Source of the DNA: Moraxella nasovis
GTDB taxonomy: Bacteria > Pseudomonadota > Gammaproteobacteria > Pseudomonadales > Moraxellaceae
Assembly: GCF_022701215.1 (NCBI RefSeq)
Contig: NZ_CP089976.1
Location: 1,350,001 to 1,382,000 of the forward strand
Direction of reading: 5' to 3'
Length of the DNA: 32,000 bases
Shown: positions 1 through 8,597 of the stretch, piece by piece
Layout: every line of letters starts with the position of its first letter
Position numbering within the stretch: position 1 is the stretch's first letter
Notes under the pieces: generated by a model
Databases searched by the model: none
Told to the model about the DNA's origin: nothing
Seen by the model: the letters and a program-made list of their open reading frames with translations, nothing else
Translations under genes and position numbers: made by a program

Positions 1-2147
1 ACTCTATCTTGATTGATGAAGCACGCACACCGCTCATCATCTCAGGACAGGCTGAGGATTCTGCTCATTTGTACTCACTTATTAATACCATTATTCCACG
101 TCTAGTACGCTCTGAAGATGAAGAGGCGAATAAGGAAAATAAGGACGGCGATTTTTGGATTGATGAGAAAAACCGTGCCATTGAGATTAGCGAAAAAGGC
201 TATGAGAAAATAGAAAAATTCTTAGTGGAGGTAGGTGAGCTTGGTGAGAACGAAAGCTTATACAGCCCTGCTCGTCTGCCTTTATTGGCACACGTTCAAG
301 CGGCAATCCGAGCTCATCATATCTTCGTTAAGAATATTCATTATATCGTCAGCGATGAAAATGAAGTGGTTATTGTTGATGAGAATACAGGGCGTACTAT
401 GCCGGGTCGCCGTTGGTCAGAAGGGTTGCACCAAGCGGTGGAAGCCAAAGAAGGCGTGGAGATTCAAGCTGAAAACCAAACGATGGCAACCACCACTTTC
501 CAAAACTATTTTCGCTTATATGACAAATTGTCTGGCATGACAGGGACGGCAGATACTGAGGCTGCTGAATTTAAGTCTACCTATGATTTAGATGTGGTGA
601 TTATCCCAACGCATCGCCCAATCGCCCGTGTGGATATGGATGATCAGATTTATTTGACAAAACTTGGTAAATATAAAGGCATTATTGAAGAAATTAAAAA
701 AATCACGGAGAAAGGTGCACCTGTGCTGGTGGGTACTGCTACCATTGAGGCATCTGAAGAGCTGTCTTATTTACTTGACCAAGAAGGCATCAAGCATAAT
801 GTGCTAAATGCCAAGCAGCACGAGCGTGAAGCTGAGATTATCGCTCAGGCAGGTTATCCAAAGTCGGTAACGATTGCAACCAACATGGCAGGGCGTGGTA
901 CAGATATTATTCTAGGCGGTAATTGGCAGGCACGATTTGACGACTTAAGCACCTTAAGCGAGGAACAAAAAGCCCAAGAGCAAGCCGAGTGGCAAAAACG
1001 CAATGAGGCAGTAAAAGCAGCAGGTGGCTTACATATCATAGGCTCAGAACGCCACGAGAGCAGACGAATTGATAATCAGCTTCGTGGACGTGCAGGCCGA
1101 CAAGGCGACCCGGGTCAATCACGCTTTTTCTTATCCTTAGAAGATGATTTAATGCGTATTTTTGCAGGTGAACGTGTGACGAATATGTTCCGTGCATTAG
1201 GTCTAAAAGAAGATGAAGCGATCGAGCATAAAATGGTATCACGCTCCATCGAGAATGCCCAAGGCAAGGTTGAGGCACGAGATTTTGATGCTCGTAAAAA
1301 TCTGCTCAAGTATGATGATGTTGCTAATGAGCAGCGTAAAGTTATTTACAGTCAGCGTGATGACTTGTTAAATCAAGCGGACTTGCAAGACAGCTTAAAG
1401 GCGATGCATCACGAAGTGTATAATGCCTTAATCAGTCAGTTTGTACCGCCTGGATCGGTTGATGATCAGTGGAATATTGACGGTCTTGAAGATGAGATTG
1501 AAGAGGCGTTCCGTTACTATATGCCGATTAATGATTGGCTTGATGCGGACCGTCGTTTAGATGAAGAAGGCTTGCGTAAAAAGATTGTTGATGCAGCGAT
1601 TGCACGCTATGAAGATCGTCGTGCTCAGATGGGTGATGAGAACGCCGCTCAGCTAGAGCGTGGGTTTATGCTTCAGAGCCTAGATCGCCACTGGAAAGAG
1701 CATTTAACCCAAATGGATCAGCTTAGAAAAGGCATTCATTTGCGTAGCTATGCCCAAAAAAATCCTGAGCAAGAATATAAGCGTGAGTCGTTTGATTTAT
1801 TCCGATCAATGCTTAGTGCGATTAAGTCTGATGTTGTTCAAGATTTAGCCCGAGTGCATATCGCTACTCCAGAAGAAATTGCTCAGATGGAAGAAGAGCG
1901 TCGCCGTCAGATTGAGGCAATGCGTCTAATGTTTGAGCATGAGGGCGATACGACAGAAAGTACTAAGCAAGAGCCAAAACGTTCCACTCAGACGGTGAAA
2001 TTAACTTTAGGTGCAACACCGCCAGCCACTAAAGCTGCCGATATCCTAGAGGATGATGTACAGATACCAGCTAATATTAATCGTAATGCACCTTGCCCGT
2101 GTGGTAGCGGACTAAAATACAAGCAATGTCACGGTAAATTATCTTAG
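1..2147 (+). CDS. secA: Preprotein translocase ATPase SecA (5'-partial; the N-terminal ~200 aa lie outside the window)
   Basis: The reading frame is open to the window edge: nt 3 onward reads [15 protein letters not shown], a SecA motor-domain motif. The translation is SecA-like throughout ([33 protein letters not shown]). The C-terminal zinc-binding motif [14 protein letters not shown] sits just before the stop. Confidence 0.97.
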   Translation, partial: SILIDEARTPLIISGQAEDSAHLYSLINTIIPRLVRSEDEEANKENKDGDFWIDEKNRAIEISEKGYEKIEKFLVEVGELGENESLYSPARLPLLAHVQAAIRAHHIFVKNIHYIVSDENEVVIVDENTGRTMPGRRWSEGLHQAVEAKEGVEIQAENQTMATTTFQNYFRLYDKLSGMTGTADTEAAEFKSTYDLDVVIIPTHRPIARVDMDDQIYLTKLGKYKGIIEEIKKITEKGAPVLVGTATIEASEELSYLLDQEGIKHNVLNAKQHEREAEIIAQAGYPKSVTIATNMAGRGTDIILGGNWQARFDDLSTLSEEQKAQEQAEWQKRNEAVKAAGGLHIIGSERHESRRIDNQLRGRAGRQGDPGQSRFFLSLEDDLMRIFAGERVTNMFRALGLKEDEAIEHKMVSRSIENAQGKVEARDFDARKNLLKYDDVANEQRKVIYSQRDDLLNQADLQDSLKAMHHEVYNALISQFVPPGSVDDQWNIDGLEDEIEEAFRYYMPINDWLDADRRLDEEGLRKKIVDAAIARYEDRRAQMGDENAAQLERGFMLQSLDRHWKEHLTQMDQLRKGIHLRSYAQKNPEQEYKRESFDLFRSMLSAIKSDVVQDLARVHIATPEEIAQMEEERRRQIEAMRLMFEHEGDTTESTKQEPKRSTQTVKLTLGATPPATKAADILEDDVQIPANINRNAPCPCGSGLKYKQCHGKLS

Positions 2148-2176
2148 CATTCATCATAAAAAGTAGTTAATATCAT

Positions 2177-2203
2177 AAAAAGCAGCTGAATCGGCTGCTT
2201 TTT
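2177..2203. terminator. Intrinsic terminator-like hairpin downstream of secA, A-run/T-run flanked and so potentially bidirectional
   Basis: The sequence is aaaaagcagc-tgaatcg-gctgcttttt. A GC-containing stem is followed by a T-run, 30 nt after the secA stop. Confidence 0.6.
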
Positions 2204-2260
2204 ATGTGATATAAAGCTGGCTTTTTTAGGGTGTGTGATTTTATTTTTAATCACTAAAAT

Positions 2261-2290
2261 AAAAACCGTGCTAATTTAGCACGGTTTTTT
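2261..2290. terminator. Intrinsic terminator hairpin downstream of rne (convergent with secA), symmetric A/T flanks
   Basis: The sequence is aaaaaccgtgc-taattta-gcacggtttttt, a perfect stem with an A5 run on one side and a T6 run on the other. It lies 15 nt from the rne stop at 2305. Confidence 0.7.
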
Positions 2291-2304
2291 GGTGAGCGTA
2301 CAGT

Positions 2305-5300
2305 CTAGCCATTAGTATCTGTATCGCTTGGCGTTTCAGGTTTATTTATTTTAGCACCCGCTTTACGCACTTCAGATTTTTGAGCCGCCTTGGAGGTTTT
2401 CTTAGCACGAACCTTGGATTTTGGCTGGGCTAGTGTAAGAATCCCTACTTGAGGCAGTAGCTGACCTGCGACATTTTCAATCATGTCTTTATAGCTGTTG
2501 GTCTTGACCTTGCCTTTTTTGGCATTGCGTGAGACACTAACCTTTGCTTTTGGGGTGGGTTTTACTTTAGGAGTTTTGTCATCAATGACAGCGACTTGGG
2601 TATCATCTCCACTTTTTGCAGGTGTATCAGTCTGCTCATCGCCATCGGTTTTATCAGCTTGTTTAATCTCCTCTATTGCTGTTATTGCATTAGCATCTTG
2701 AGATTCGTCAGGCTGAGTAGCATCCGCTTTTGGCTCTTCTTGTTTGTGACTGTCGTCGATCACATCTACCTGATGAAGCAAAGCTTCGCTTTGTTCGCTG
2801 ACTGCTAAAGCAGCCTCACCCCCAGTTAGAGCATTGTATGTGTCAGCGTCATCAGCGATAGGCTTGTCTGCTGGCGTAGCTTGATCGGCGGTACTAGACG
2901 TATCTGATTTATAAAAATCAGGATGCTGACCACGAGGGTCATTTGATGCACGGCGACCAATCGGACTTGGCGTAACTGCCGTCTTACCTTGCAGAACAGA
3001 CGTCTTTGATTTAGCGGTAATCTGCTGTGCATACTCTGTTAGGTAAGTTTCACCAAGCGAGGCATAGCCATAGTTACTAAAATCAACTGCTTCACCGCTA
3101 CGAGCTTTCACAACTGCTGCAATAAAGCGATGAATAAAATCACCGTCAGCAGACGTACCAAGTGTGCGTTCAATGAAGTCGCCTGCCGTGCCTGTAATGT
3201 CTGCCACAGCACTGCTTAGCGAGCGAACCACTCTTGGGTCGTTAATCGCTCTGCCAGTCTGCTTGGCAAGAGCTGCAAGCTTTGCTTTGGTAGCATCATC
3301 GGCCTTTGACCAAGTGGCTACTGCTGGCACTGCCAATTTAGGCTTATCTGCTTGACTGCTTGGTGTTGATGTGTGAGCATCATGACTTGGTGCAGTATCA
3401 TCAATCGCCTGTTTTTCGGATACATCTGGGATTGATGGTGCGACAGTAACATCTTTTTCGTTTGGCTGAATTTCTTCTTTGGCAGAAGGTGTGTGATCAG
3501 CGTCTTGTTGAGCGTTGCCTTGAGCGTGTGTTGCCTTGTTGCTCGTTGTGTAATCTGTCTTAGTTTTTGATGGTGCTTTTTTGGTGGATTTATCACCATC
3601 TAAGCAGACATGTACCACTTCAGTCGCTAGCTTTTCTTTTATAATCGGAGTGATATGTAAGACGATATCAGTGCTGTTTACTGCCTTTTGTGGACGCTCT
3701 TGTGACTCTTTTTTGGTGCTTTTTTCGACAGCGTTTGGTACATCAAGCGTTAGTGATGGCTCGCGAACTACTTCGCCTCGAGATTCACGACGACTGCCTA
3801 CCTCACGTTTTGGATATTCACGTTTTTCTTCTTTTTTCTTGTGATTATCTTGACGTTCTTTGATGGGATTGCTTTCATCTTTTAGTGTTTCTTTTTTTGG
3901 CTTTTTATGGCGAGGCTTGCGTTCGTTGTCATCACGTTCGGTGTACTGTCCCCGTTCATTTTGTGGAGCTGTGTTGGTCTTGGTGGGGATGGCAATTTGA
4001 CCTGCCGCTCCTAAGCTGACATTACCAGAGTTTACAAGTGACTCAATCGCAAGAGCAGCATCTGCACTGTTAAGGCTGTCTGCAAGCTTTGCTTGTGGTT
4101 TTGGAGCAAATAAATTAGACAACCATGCTACTGCTTGAGGGGTGTGTCCTGCTGGTTTGGCTTGGGTTTCTTCTGTTTTTGTTGTCGCAGATTTTTTCTC
4201 GTTTGGCTTAGCAGAAGATTGATCTTGCCAGCGGTTATTTTTGGCGTTGGTAGATTCAGCTTGTTGGGTTTGCCAATTCACATCATAGCCACGGTCGCCC
4301 ATCTCTTCTTCTTCGGCATTGACGATGCGTTCATAGCTAGATGGGGCAAAGCCATCTGGATTAAAATGCAGGCTAAAATTTGGGCTTTCAAGATGAGCGT
4401 GCGGCAAGATGGTAACACGTGCACCGCTGTCTTGTTCTAGGTAGACTAGGCTTTCACGTTTTTCATTCAATAAGAAGGCTGCAATTTCAGTCGGCACTTC
4501 TGCTTGGATTTCGCCCGAACGTTCTTTTAGGGCGATTTGCTCTATTTGACGCATGATTGATAGCGATAAAGACCGCAAATCTCGAATCATACCATTGCCA
4601 TGACAGCGTGGGCAGATGTAGCCTGTGGCTTCTTCTAGGCTAGGACGCAGTCTTTGACGGCTCATTTGCATTAGTCCAAACTTGGAGATTTCAGCAAATT
4701 GTACCCGAGCACGGTCGTGGCGTGTCGCTTCAATTAGGCGTTTTTCTACTTCTTTTTGGTGGCGTGCGTCTGCCATGTCAATAAAATCAATGACAATCAG
4801 ACCGCCCATGTCTCTTAGACGCAGTTGGCGGGCAATCTCATCGGCAGCTTCTAGGTTGGTGTGATAGGCGGTCTCGGCAACATCAGAGCCTTTGGTGGAT
4901 TTTGATGAGTTGATGTCAATAGATACCAGTGCCTCGGTTTGGTCAATGACGATTGAACCGCCTGATGGCAGGCGTACTTCACGCTGATAGGCAGTTTCAA
5001 TTTGACGCTCAATGCCAAAACGTGCAAACATCGGTTCGTAGTCTGTGTATTTACGCAGTTTGTCAAGCTGAGTTGGCATGACGGCGGCGATGAAATTGGC
5101 AGCTTCATTGTAGGCATTTTCGCTGTCAATCCAAATCTCGCCAATGTCATCACGCAGATAATCACGCACCGCACGAGTTACCACGCCAGCCTCTTGGTGT
5201 ACAAGACAAGGGCTTGGGCGAGTTTTGTTTTGGGTTTGGATAGATGACCAGATGTCAAGTAGGTGGTTAAGGTCGTTTTGCAGGTCTTCAAAACCTTTGC

Positions 5301-5811
5301 CAAGCCCAGCGGTACGCACGATGATACTCATGTGCTTAGGAATGTCTAAGCTTGCGATGATTTGCTTCATCTCTTCACGCACTTTGCCTGAGATTTGACG
5401 GCTGATACCACCGCCTTTTGCATTATTTGGCATGAGTACCAAATAGCGACCAGCCAGTGAGATGTAAGTAGATAGGGCAGCCCCTTTGTTGCCACGCTCT
5501 TCTTTTTCTACTTGAACGATGATTTCATCACCTTCTTTTAGAAGCTGTTTGATGCTCTCTTCACGCAGGTTGCCGTGTAGATATTCAGGGGCAATCTCAC
5601 GTAAAGGCAAAAAGCCTTGTCTGAGAGAGCCATATTCCACAAAAGCTGCTTCTAATGATGGCTCAACACGGGTGATACGACCTTTGTAGATGTTGGCTTT
5701 TTTTTGTTCACGAGTGCGATTTTCTAGGTCAAAATCGTATAGGTGATTGTCTTTACAAAGTGCCACACGAATCTCTTCGTTGTGTGTGGCGTTGATTAAA
5801 ATGCGTTTCAT
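2305..5811 (-). CDS. rne: Ribonuclease E (1168 aa): conserved N-terminal catalytic half plus a long low-complexity C-terminal scaffold region
   Basis: - The N-terminus MKRILINATHNEEIRVALCKDNHLYDFDLE... has S1 and catalytic-domain features (VSIDINSSKSTKG, GGLIVIDFIDM).
- The Zn-link motif CPRCHGNG is present.
- The C-terminal ~640 aa are rich in K/E/R/P/T/A/D, typical of a degradosome scaffold.
- AAGGAA lies upstream of the ATG at 5811. Confidence 0.95.
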   Translation of the reverse strand: MKRILINATHNEEIRVALCKDNHLYDFDLENRTREQKKANIYKGRITRVEPSLEAAFVEYGSLRQGFLPLREIAPEYLHGNLREESIKQLLKEGDEIIVQVEKEERGNKGAALSTYISLAGRYLVLMPNNAKGGGISRQISGKVREEMKQIIASLDIPKHMSIIVRTAGLGKGFEDLQNDLNHLLDIWSSIQTQNKTRPSPCLVHQEAGVVTRAVRDYLRDDIGEIWIDSENAYNEAANFIAAVMPTQLDKLRKYTDYEPMFARFGIERQIETAYQREVRLPSGGSIVIDQTEALVSIDINSSKSTKGSDVAETAYHTNLEAADEIARQLRLRDMGGLIVIDFIDMADARHQKEVEKRLIEATRHDRARVQFAEISKFGLMQMSRQRLRPSLEEATGYICPRCHGNGMIRDLRSLSLSIMRQIEQIALKERSGEIQAEVPTEIAAFLLNEKRESLVYLEQDSGARVTILPHAHLESPNFSLHFNPDGFAPSSYERIVNAEEEEMGDRGYDVNWQTQQAESTNAKNNRWQDQSSAKPNEKKSATTKTEETQAKPAGHTPQAVAWLSNLFAPKPQAKLADSLNSADAALAIESLVNSGNVSLGAAGQIAIPTKTNTAPQNERGQYTERDDNERKPRHKKPKKETLKDESNPIKERQDNHKKKEEKREYPKREVGSRRESRGEVVREPSLTLDVPNAVEKSTKKESQERPQKAVNSTDIVLHITPIIKEKLATEVVHVCLDGDKSTKKAPSKTKTDYTTSNKATHAQGNAQQDADHTPSAKEEIQPNEKDVTVAPSIPDVSEKQAIDDTAPSHDAHTSTPSSQADKPKLAVPAVATWSKADDATKAKLAALAKQTGRAINDPRVVRSLSSAVADITGTAGDFIERTLGTSADGDFIHRFIAAVVKARSGEAVDFSNYGYASLGETYLTEYAQQITAKSKTSVLQGKTAVTPSPIGRRASNDPRGQHPDFYKSDTSSTADQATPADKPIADDADTYNALTGGEAALAVSEQSEALLHQVDVIDDSHKQEEPKADATQPDESQDANAITAIEEIKQADKTDGDEQTDTPAKSGDDTQVAVIDDKTPKVKPTPKAKVSVSRNAKKGKVKTNSYKDMIENVAGQLLPQVGILTLAQPKSKVRAKKTSKAAQKSEVRKAGAKINKPETPSDTDTNG

Positions 5812-6490
5812 GATGTTCCTTAAAAGGTAAGGACATCAAGGGGTAAGATGGGCGTTGCCTATTAGACAAATGGTTGGGTGTGTTTTAATTGCTTAAATTT
5901 TGTGGTATTGTCTTGGGGCGAGATTTTTTCGCTTGGTTGGTTTGTCAGCTTAGGCGAACTATTTTTCGCCTTTTGCTTGGCATCAATGTTTGGTAAATAC
6001 AGGTGTTTGGTAAATACAGTTTGGTATCAACCACAAGACCACCAACCAACATAACCGTAACATCTAGCCAACATGACCAAGACAACAATACTAAATTTTC
6101 ATACTAAACCGATAAAACCCATTTGATAAACACGTTATCAAATCAGTTCAACGCCAAAAATAAGTCATCAAATTAAATAATCATCATCGCTTGCACCGAT
6201 GAACCTAAATACGGTCTTCTACAAAGGCAGTGTTTGTCTTGTGCTTTTGTGTGTATTTAAGTGAAACCTTACGCACCTTGATGTGCAAAATAAAAATAAA
6301 ATATGGTCGGTTGCTGTGATGAATTTTTCAATGCAAACGGTGCTTAAAAAGTTGTTGAAAACCACGCCATTGTTGGCAAAATCATCACGGTTAAAGTGCA
6401 ACTGTCAAACTATAACAGTTTTTTGATGAATTTTCCACTAAAATTAACATTTTTACCATGCTTTAACTCCAAATTGGGCAAGCCATTCAT
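5812..6490 (-). promoter_or_regulatory. Long non-coding region upstream of rne: presumed rne promoter(s) plus a structured 5' leader
   Basis: - The region is 679 nt with no credible ORF.
- Hairpins: ggcgaa-ctattt-ttcgcc at 5953-5970, and a perfect 9-bp stem atttgataa/ttatcaaat at 6121-6143.
- A 17-bp tandem repeat lies at 5987-6020 and a C/A-only tract at about 6031-6090.
- Long-range complementarity exists between ttggttggt (about 5933-5941) and accaaccaa (about 6042-6050).
- E. coli rne is known to carry a long autoregulatory 5' UTR.
- The promoter position was not determined. Confidence 0.45.
5987..6020. repeat. Tandem direct repeat, 2 x 17 bp (tgtttggtaaatacag[g/t]), with a partial third copy (ttggtat) to about 6027
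   Basis: Read directly from the sequence. 5987-6003 and 6004-6020 are identical except at the last base. Confidence 0.9.
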
Positions 6491-7096
6491 TCAAATGATT
6501 TCACCGCTTTTGCTAATCATATAAACTTGCCTACATCTGTCTAAGATGAATTGATCACTGCTACTGTCGCTATAACCTGCATGAAAATAAATATTTTTTT
6601 GATGATGATTGAGCATGGTCAGTTTATTTATTCCTACGCATCTTTGGGTGATGAACAGTGAGTTGTAGCCCATCTTGGTTGTTGTGCATATCAAACAAAC
6701 ATTGTCCTGCTGTATTATTTGATGATGTATTTTTTGTATGAGTATATCAGGGCTTCCTGATATTAAATAGATAATGTAATCATGATTGATGTAGTCATTC
6801 ATGATGTCCAAAACGTTGTGATGATCTGTTTTGATTGCCAAGAAATAGGAACAAAATTTTTCAATGATGAAATCTAGTTCTTTGTGTTGTATGTTAAAAA
6901 ATATAAAAAACAAAATAATATTTATGCCAATTTTTGACATGGGCGAAATATAGTGAATGATTGCACCAAGTAGAATCACAGGAAAAAATACAATGAAATT
7001 AAATATTCTGTGTTTTGCAGAAAATAGGATAAATTGTAAAAAGATGTCTTCTTGGTGAAGCGTCCCATCTATATCAAAAAATATGTTTTTTTTCAT
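6491..7096 (-). CDS. pgpC: HAD-family phosphatase with an N-terminal membrane segment, resembling phosphatidylglycerophosphatase C (YfhB/PgpC)
   Basis: - HAD motif I reads FFDIDGTLHQEDIF and is followed by a hydrophobic stretch.
- A C-terminal GYSDSSSDQFIL motif is present.
- Length and motif order match my recollection of E. coli YfhB/PgpC (FFDLDGTLHQQDMF ... GYSDSNQDNPLL).
- I prefer the ATG at 7096 (MKKNIFFDIDG) over the TTG at 7129 used in the ORF track.
- The gene is visibly more AT-rich than its neighbours. Confidence 0.7.
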   Translation of the reverse strand: MKKNIFFDIDGTLHQEDIFLQFILFSAKHRIFNFIVFFPVILLGAIIHYISPMSKIGINIILFFIFFNIQHKELDFIIEKFCSYFLAIKTDHHNVLDIMNDYINHDYIIYLISGSPDILIQKIHHQIIQQDNVCLICTTTKMGYNSLFITQRCVGINKLTMLNHHQKNIYFHAGYSDSSSDQFILDRCRQVYMISKSGEII

Positions 7097-7389
7097 TGGT
7101 TTATCCAATTTATTATATCCCACAATCAACTTAAAAATCTTTCAAATTGTAAAGATGAGCCAGTAGTGAATGAGCTTGTCATTGTAGGCTTAGTTTAGCG
7201 ACTGTGAAACCCAAAGTTTTCATTTATGTGTTAGGTTTTGTTCATGTGCTGGGTTTCGTTTCACTTATAAGCACAAGCCACCATTGATTTTTTTTGAAAG
7301 TTAAAATTAAATTGAGCGTGGATATACAGTATATTATAACAACAATCACTGATTGGCAAATTTGAGTTTTTTGAGTTGTAAAAGTATTT

Positions 7390-7418
7390 TTATCAAAGTT
7401 GGTTTATTGTAGTAAAAT
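7390..7418 (+). promoter_or_regulatory. Candidate sigma70 promoter for rluC
   Basis: TTATCA (7390-7395), a 17-nt spacer, then TAAAAT (7413-7418), about 30 nt upstream of the rluC start. This is a pattern match only. Confidence 0.35.
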
Positions 7419-7447
7419 AGCATCAAATAACCATTCATGAGTCTGTG

Positions 7448-8527
7448 ATGCAAAAAAACCGCCCCAACCAACCGATCAAATCCCACTCACCCAAAGTTAA
7501 GTCGCCCAAAGCTAAGTCGTCTAAACCCCGCTCACCCAAACCCCATTCGCCAAAGCCTAATTCACCCAAATCCTTATCTGCCGATGATGTCATCACAGAT
7601 TTTGCCAAAGTCAATTTCATCACCGTAACGATAAATCAAGACGGACAGCGGATTGATAATTTTTTGTTGGCACGTTTAAAGGGGTTGCCACGCTCGCATT
7701 TGTATAAAATGATACGAGATGATGAGATTCGTATCAACAAAAAACGCTGTAAGCCACATACACGAGTTTATACTGGCGATGTAGTAAGAGTAGCTCCTGT
7801 GCGTTTGTCGGCAAAAGACGCTCCAATTATCAGCGATGATTTTGCCAAAGGTTTGCTTGAGCGTATTATCCATGAAGATGATGGACTGATTGTGCTTGAT
7901 AAACCGCATGGCTTGGCAGTGCATGGTGGGTCTGGTGAGAGCTGTGGGGTGATTGAAGCGATGCGAGTGGCGATGGGTAAGAAGTATTTAGAATTGGTTC
8001 ATCGCATTGATAAAGACACATCAGGGCTACTGTTGATTGCCAAAAAACGCAGTGTCTTAAAAAATTTGCAAGAACAATTTCGTGAAAAAACCATACAAAA
8101 GACCTATTTATGCCTAGTAGATGGTCATGTTAATTCAGATATGCAGACCATTGATAAGCCATTACTTCGGTACACTTTGGCAAGCGGTGAACGCCGTGTG
8201 CGAGTAAGTGCTGAGGGCAAGCAAAGTCAGACAGCCATCAAGGTTTTAGCAAGATTTACGTTAGATGGTAAGCCTGTCAGCTTGGTTCAGGCAAGCCCAA
8301 AAACAGGGCGCACGCACCAAATTCGGGTGCATTTAGCCAGTATCGGTCATGCTTTATTGGGTGATGATAAGTACCATCGTGGCACAAGCTTTTTTAGTGT
8401 TAAGCATCTATGCTTGCACGCTTGGCGACTAAGCTTAGCAGGTGATGGTGAGCATCACAAATTTTGTTCACAGATACCAAGTACGTGGGCAGCATTATTG
8501 CCAAGCGATGTTAGCCATCAGCTATAA
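7448..8527 (+). CDS. rluC: 23S rRNA pseudouridine synthase RluC (RluA family) with an unusual basic S/P/K-repeat N-terminal extension
   Basis: - An S4-like segment (QRIDNFLLARLKGLPRSHLYKMIRDDEIRINKKR) is present.
- The catalytic motif HRIDKDTSGLLLIAKK and the motif GRTHQIRVH are collinear with E. coli RluC.
- The start is either ATG 7448 or GTG 7445.
- A 3-codon mini-ORF (ATG AGT CTG TGA, 7437-7448) overlaps the ATG as TGATG. Confidence 0.9.
   Translation: MQKNRPNQPIKSHSPKVKSPKAKSSKPRSPKPHSPKPNSPKSLSADDVITDFAKVNFITVTINQDGQRIDNFLLARLKGLPRSHLYKMIRDDEIRINKKRCKPHTRVYTGDVVRVAPVRLSAKDAPIISDDFAKGLLERIIHEDDGLIVLDKPHGLAVHGGSGESCGVIEAMRVAMGKKYLELVHRIDKDTSGLLLIAKKRSVLKNLQEQFREKTIQKTYLCLVDGHVNSDMQTIDKPLLRYTLASGERRVRVSAEGKQSQTAIKVLARFTLDGKPVSLVQASPKTGRTHQIRVHLASIGHALLGDDKYHRGTSFFSVKHLCLHAWRLSLAGDGEHHKFCSQIPSTWAALLPSDVSHQL
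7484..7573 (+). repeat. Six in-frame tandem 15-bp repeats inside rluC, encoding HSPKV-KSPKA-KSSKP-RSPKP-HSPKP-NSPKS
   Basis: Read directly. The repeated core is tc(a/g)cc(c/a)aa(a/g) with a 15-nt period. The antisense ORF 7435-7623 (LGE/WGL repeats) is its mirror image. Confidence 0.9.
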
Positions 8528-8597
8528 ATGATGATTAACAAATCCCATGAAACAAGGTACAATGCACAAATCTGCACGTTGCACATAAAGGAAACTG

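Noticed and set aside
235-1309. Alternative-frame and antisense ORFs within secA (235-540 +, 854-1039 -, 1036-1278 -, 1115-1309 -).
   Set aside because: They are embedded in the unambiguous SecA frame and have no independent support.
2498-5247. About nine ORFs of 60-107 aa on both strands inside the rne coordinates (for example 2498-2701, 3318-3599, 4135-4440, 4851-5174 and 5002-5247).
   Set aside because: All lie within or antisense to a strongly supported 1168-aa RNase E CDS. Their translations are low-complexity shadows of the repetitive K/E/P/T-rich rne frame. None has an RBS or a recognisable motif.
6219-6401. 60-aa minus-strand ORF in the rne upstream region.
   Set aside because: It has no RBS and no recognisable motif, and its composition is typical of a random ORF in AT-rich non-coding DNA. 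It is better explained as part of the rne leader and promoter region.
6400-6426. Plus-strand hairpin aactgt-caaactata-acagtt followed by T6, which looks like an orphan terminator and could mark a plus-strand sRNA.
   Set aside because: The stem is only 6 bp and AT-rich. I could find no plausible plus-strand promoter upstream. It is in the wrong orientation to terminate pgpC. The evidence is too weak to call.
7097-7129. N-terminal extensions implied by the TTG or other alternative starts in the supplied ORF track: pgpC at 7129, rhomboid at 18283, prs at 21182, ilvI at 25618 and ilvH at 27429.
   Set aside because: In each case an in-frame ATG slightly downstream aligns with the conserved N-terminus of the family, has a better-placed SD-like sequence, or both. 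The extended starts are artefacts of longest-ORF calling.
7204-7266. Imperfect inverted repeat gtgaaaccca ... tgggtttcgtttcac in the pgpC-rluC intergenic region, plus the palindrome atatac-a-gtatat at 7322-7334.
   Set aside because: The arms are short (7-8 bp), and the first pair is separated by a ~40-nt loop. No associated regulator or transcript end is evident. These could be chance features of an AT-rich intergenic region.
7435-7623. Minus-strand 62-aa ORF with striking LGE/WGL repeats (LGELGFGEWGLGERGLDDLALGDLTLGEWDL).
   Set aside because: It is the reverse-complement reading of the 15-bp SPK repeat in rluC. The periodicity is inherited from that repeat, and the rluC frame is the one that continues into a conserved domain.
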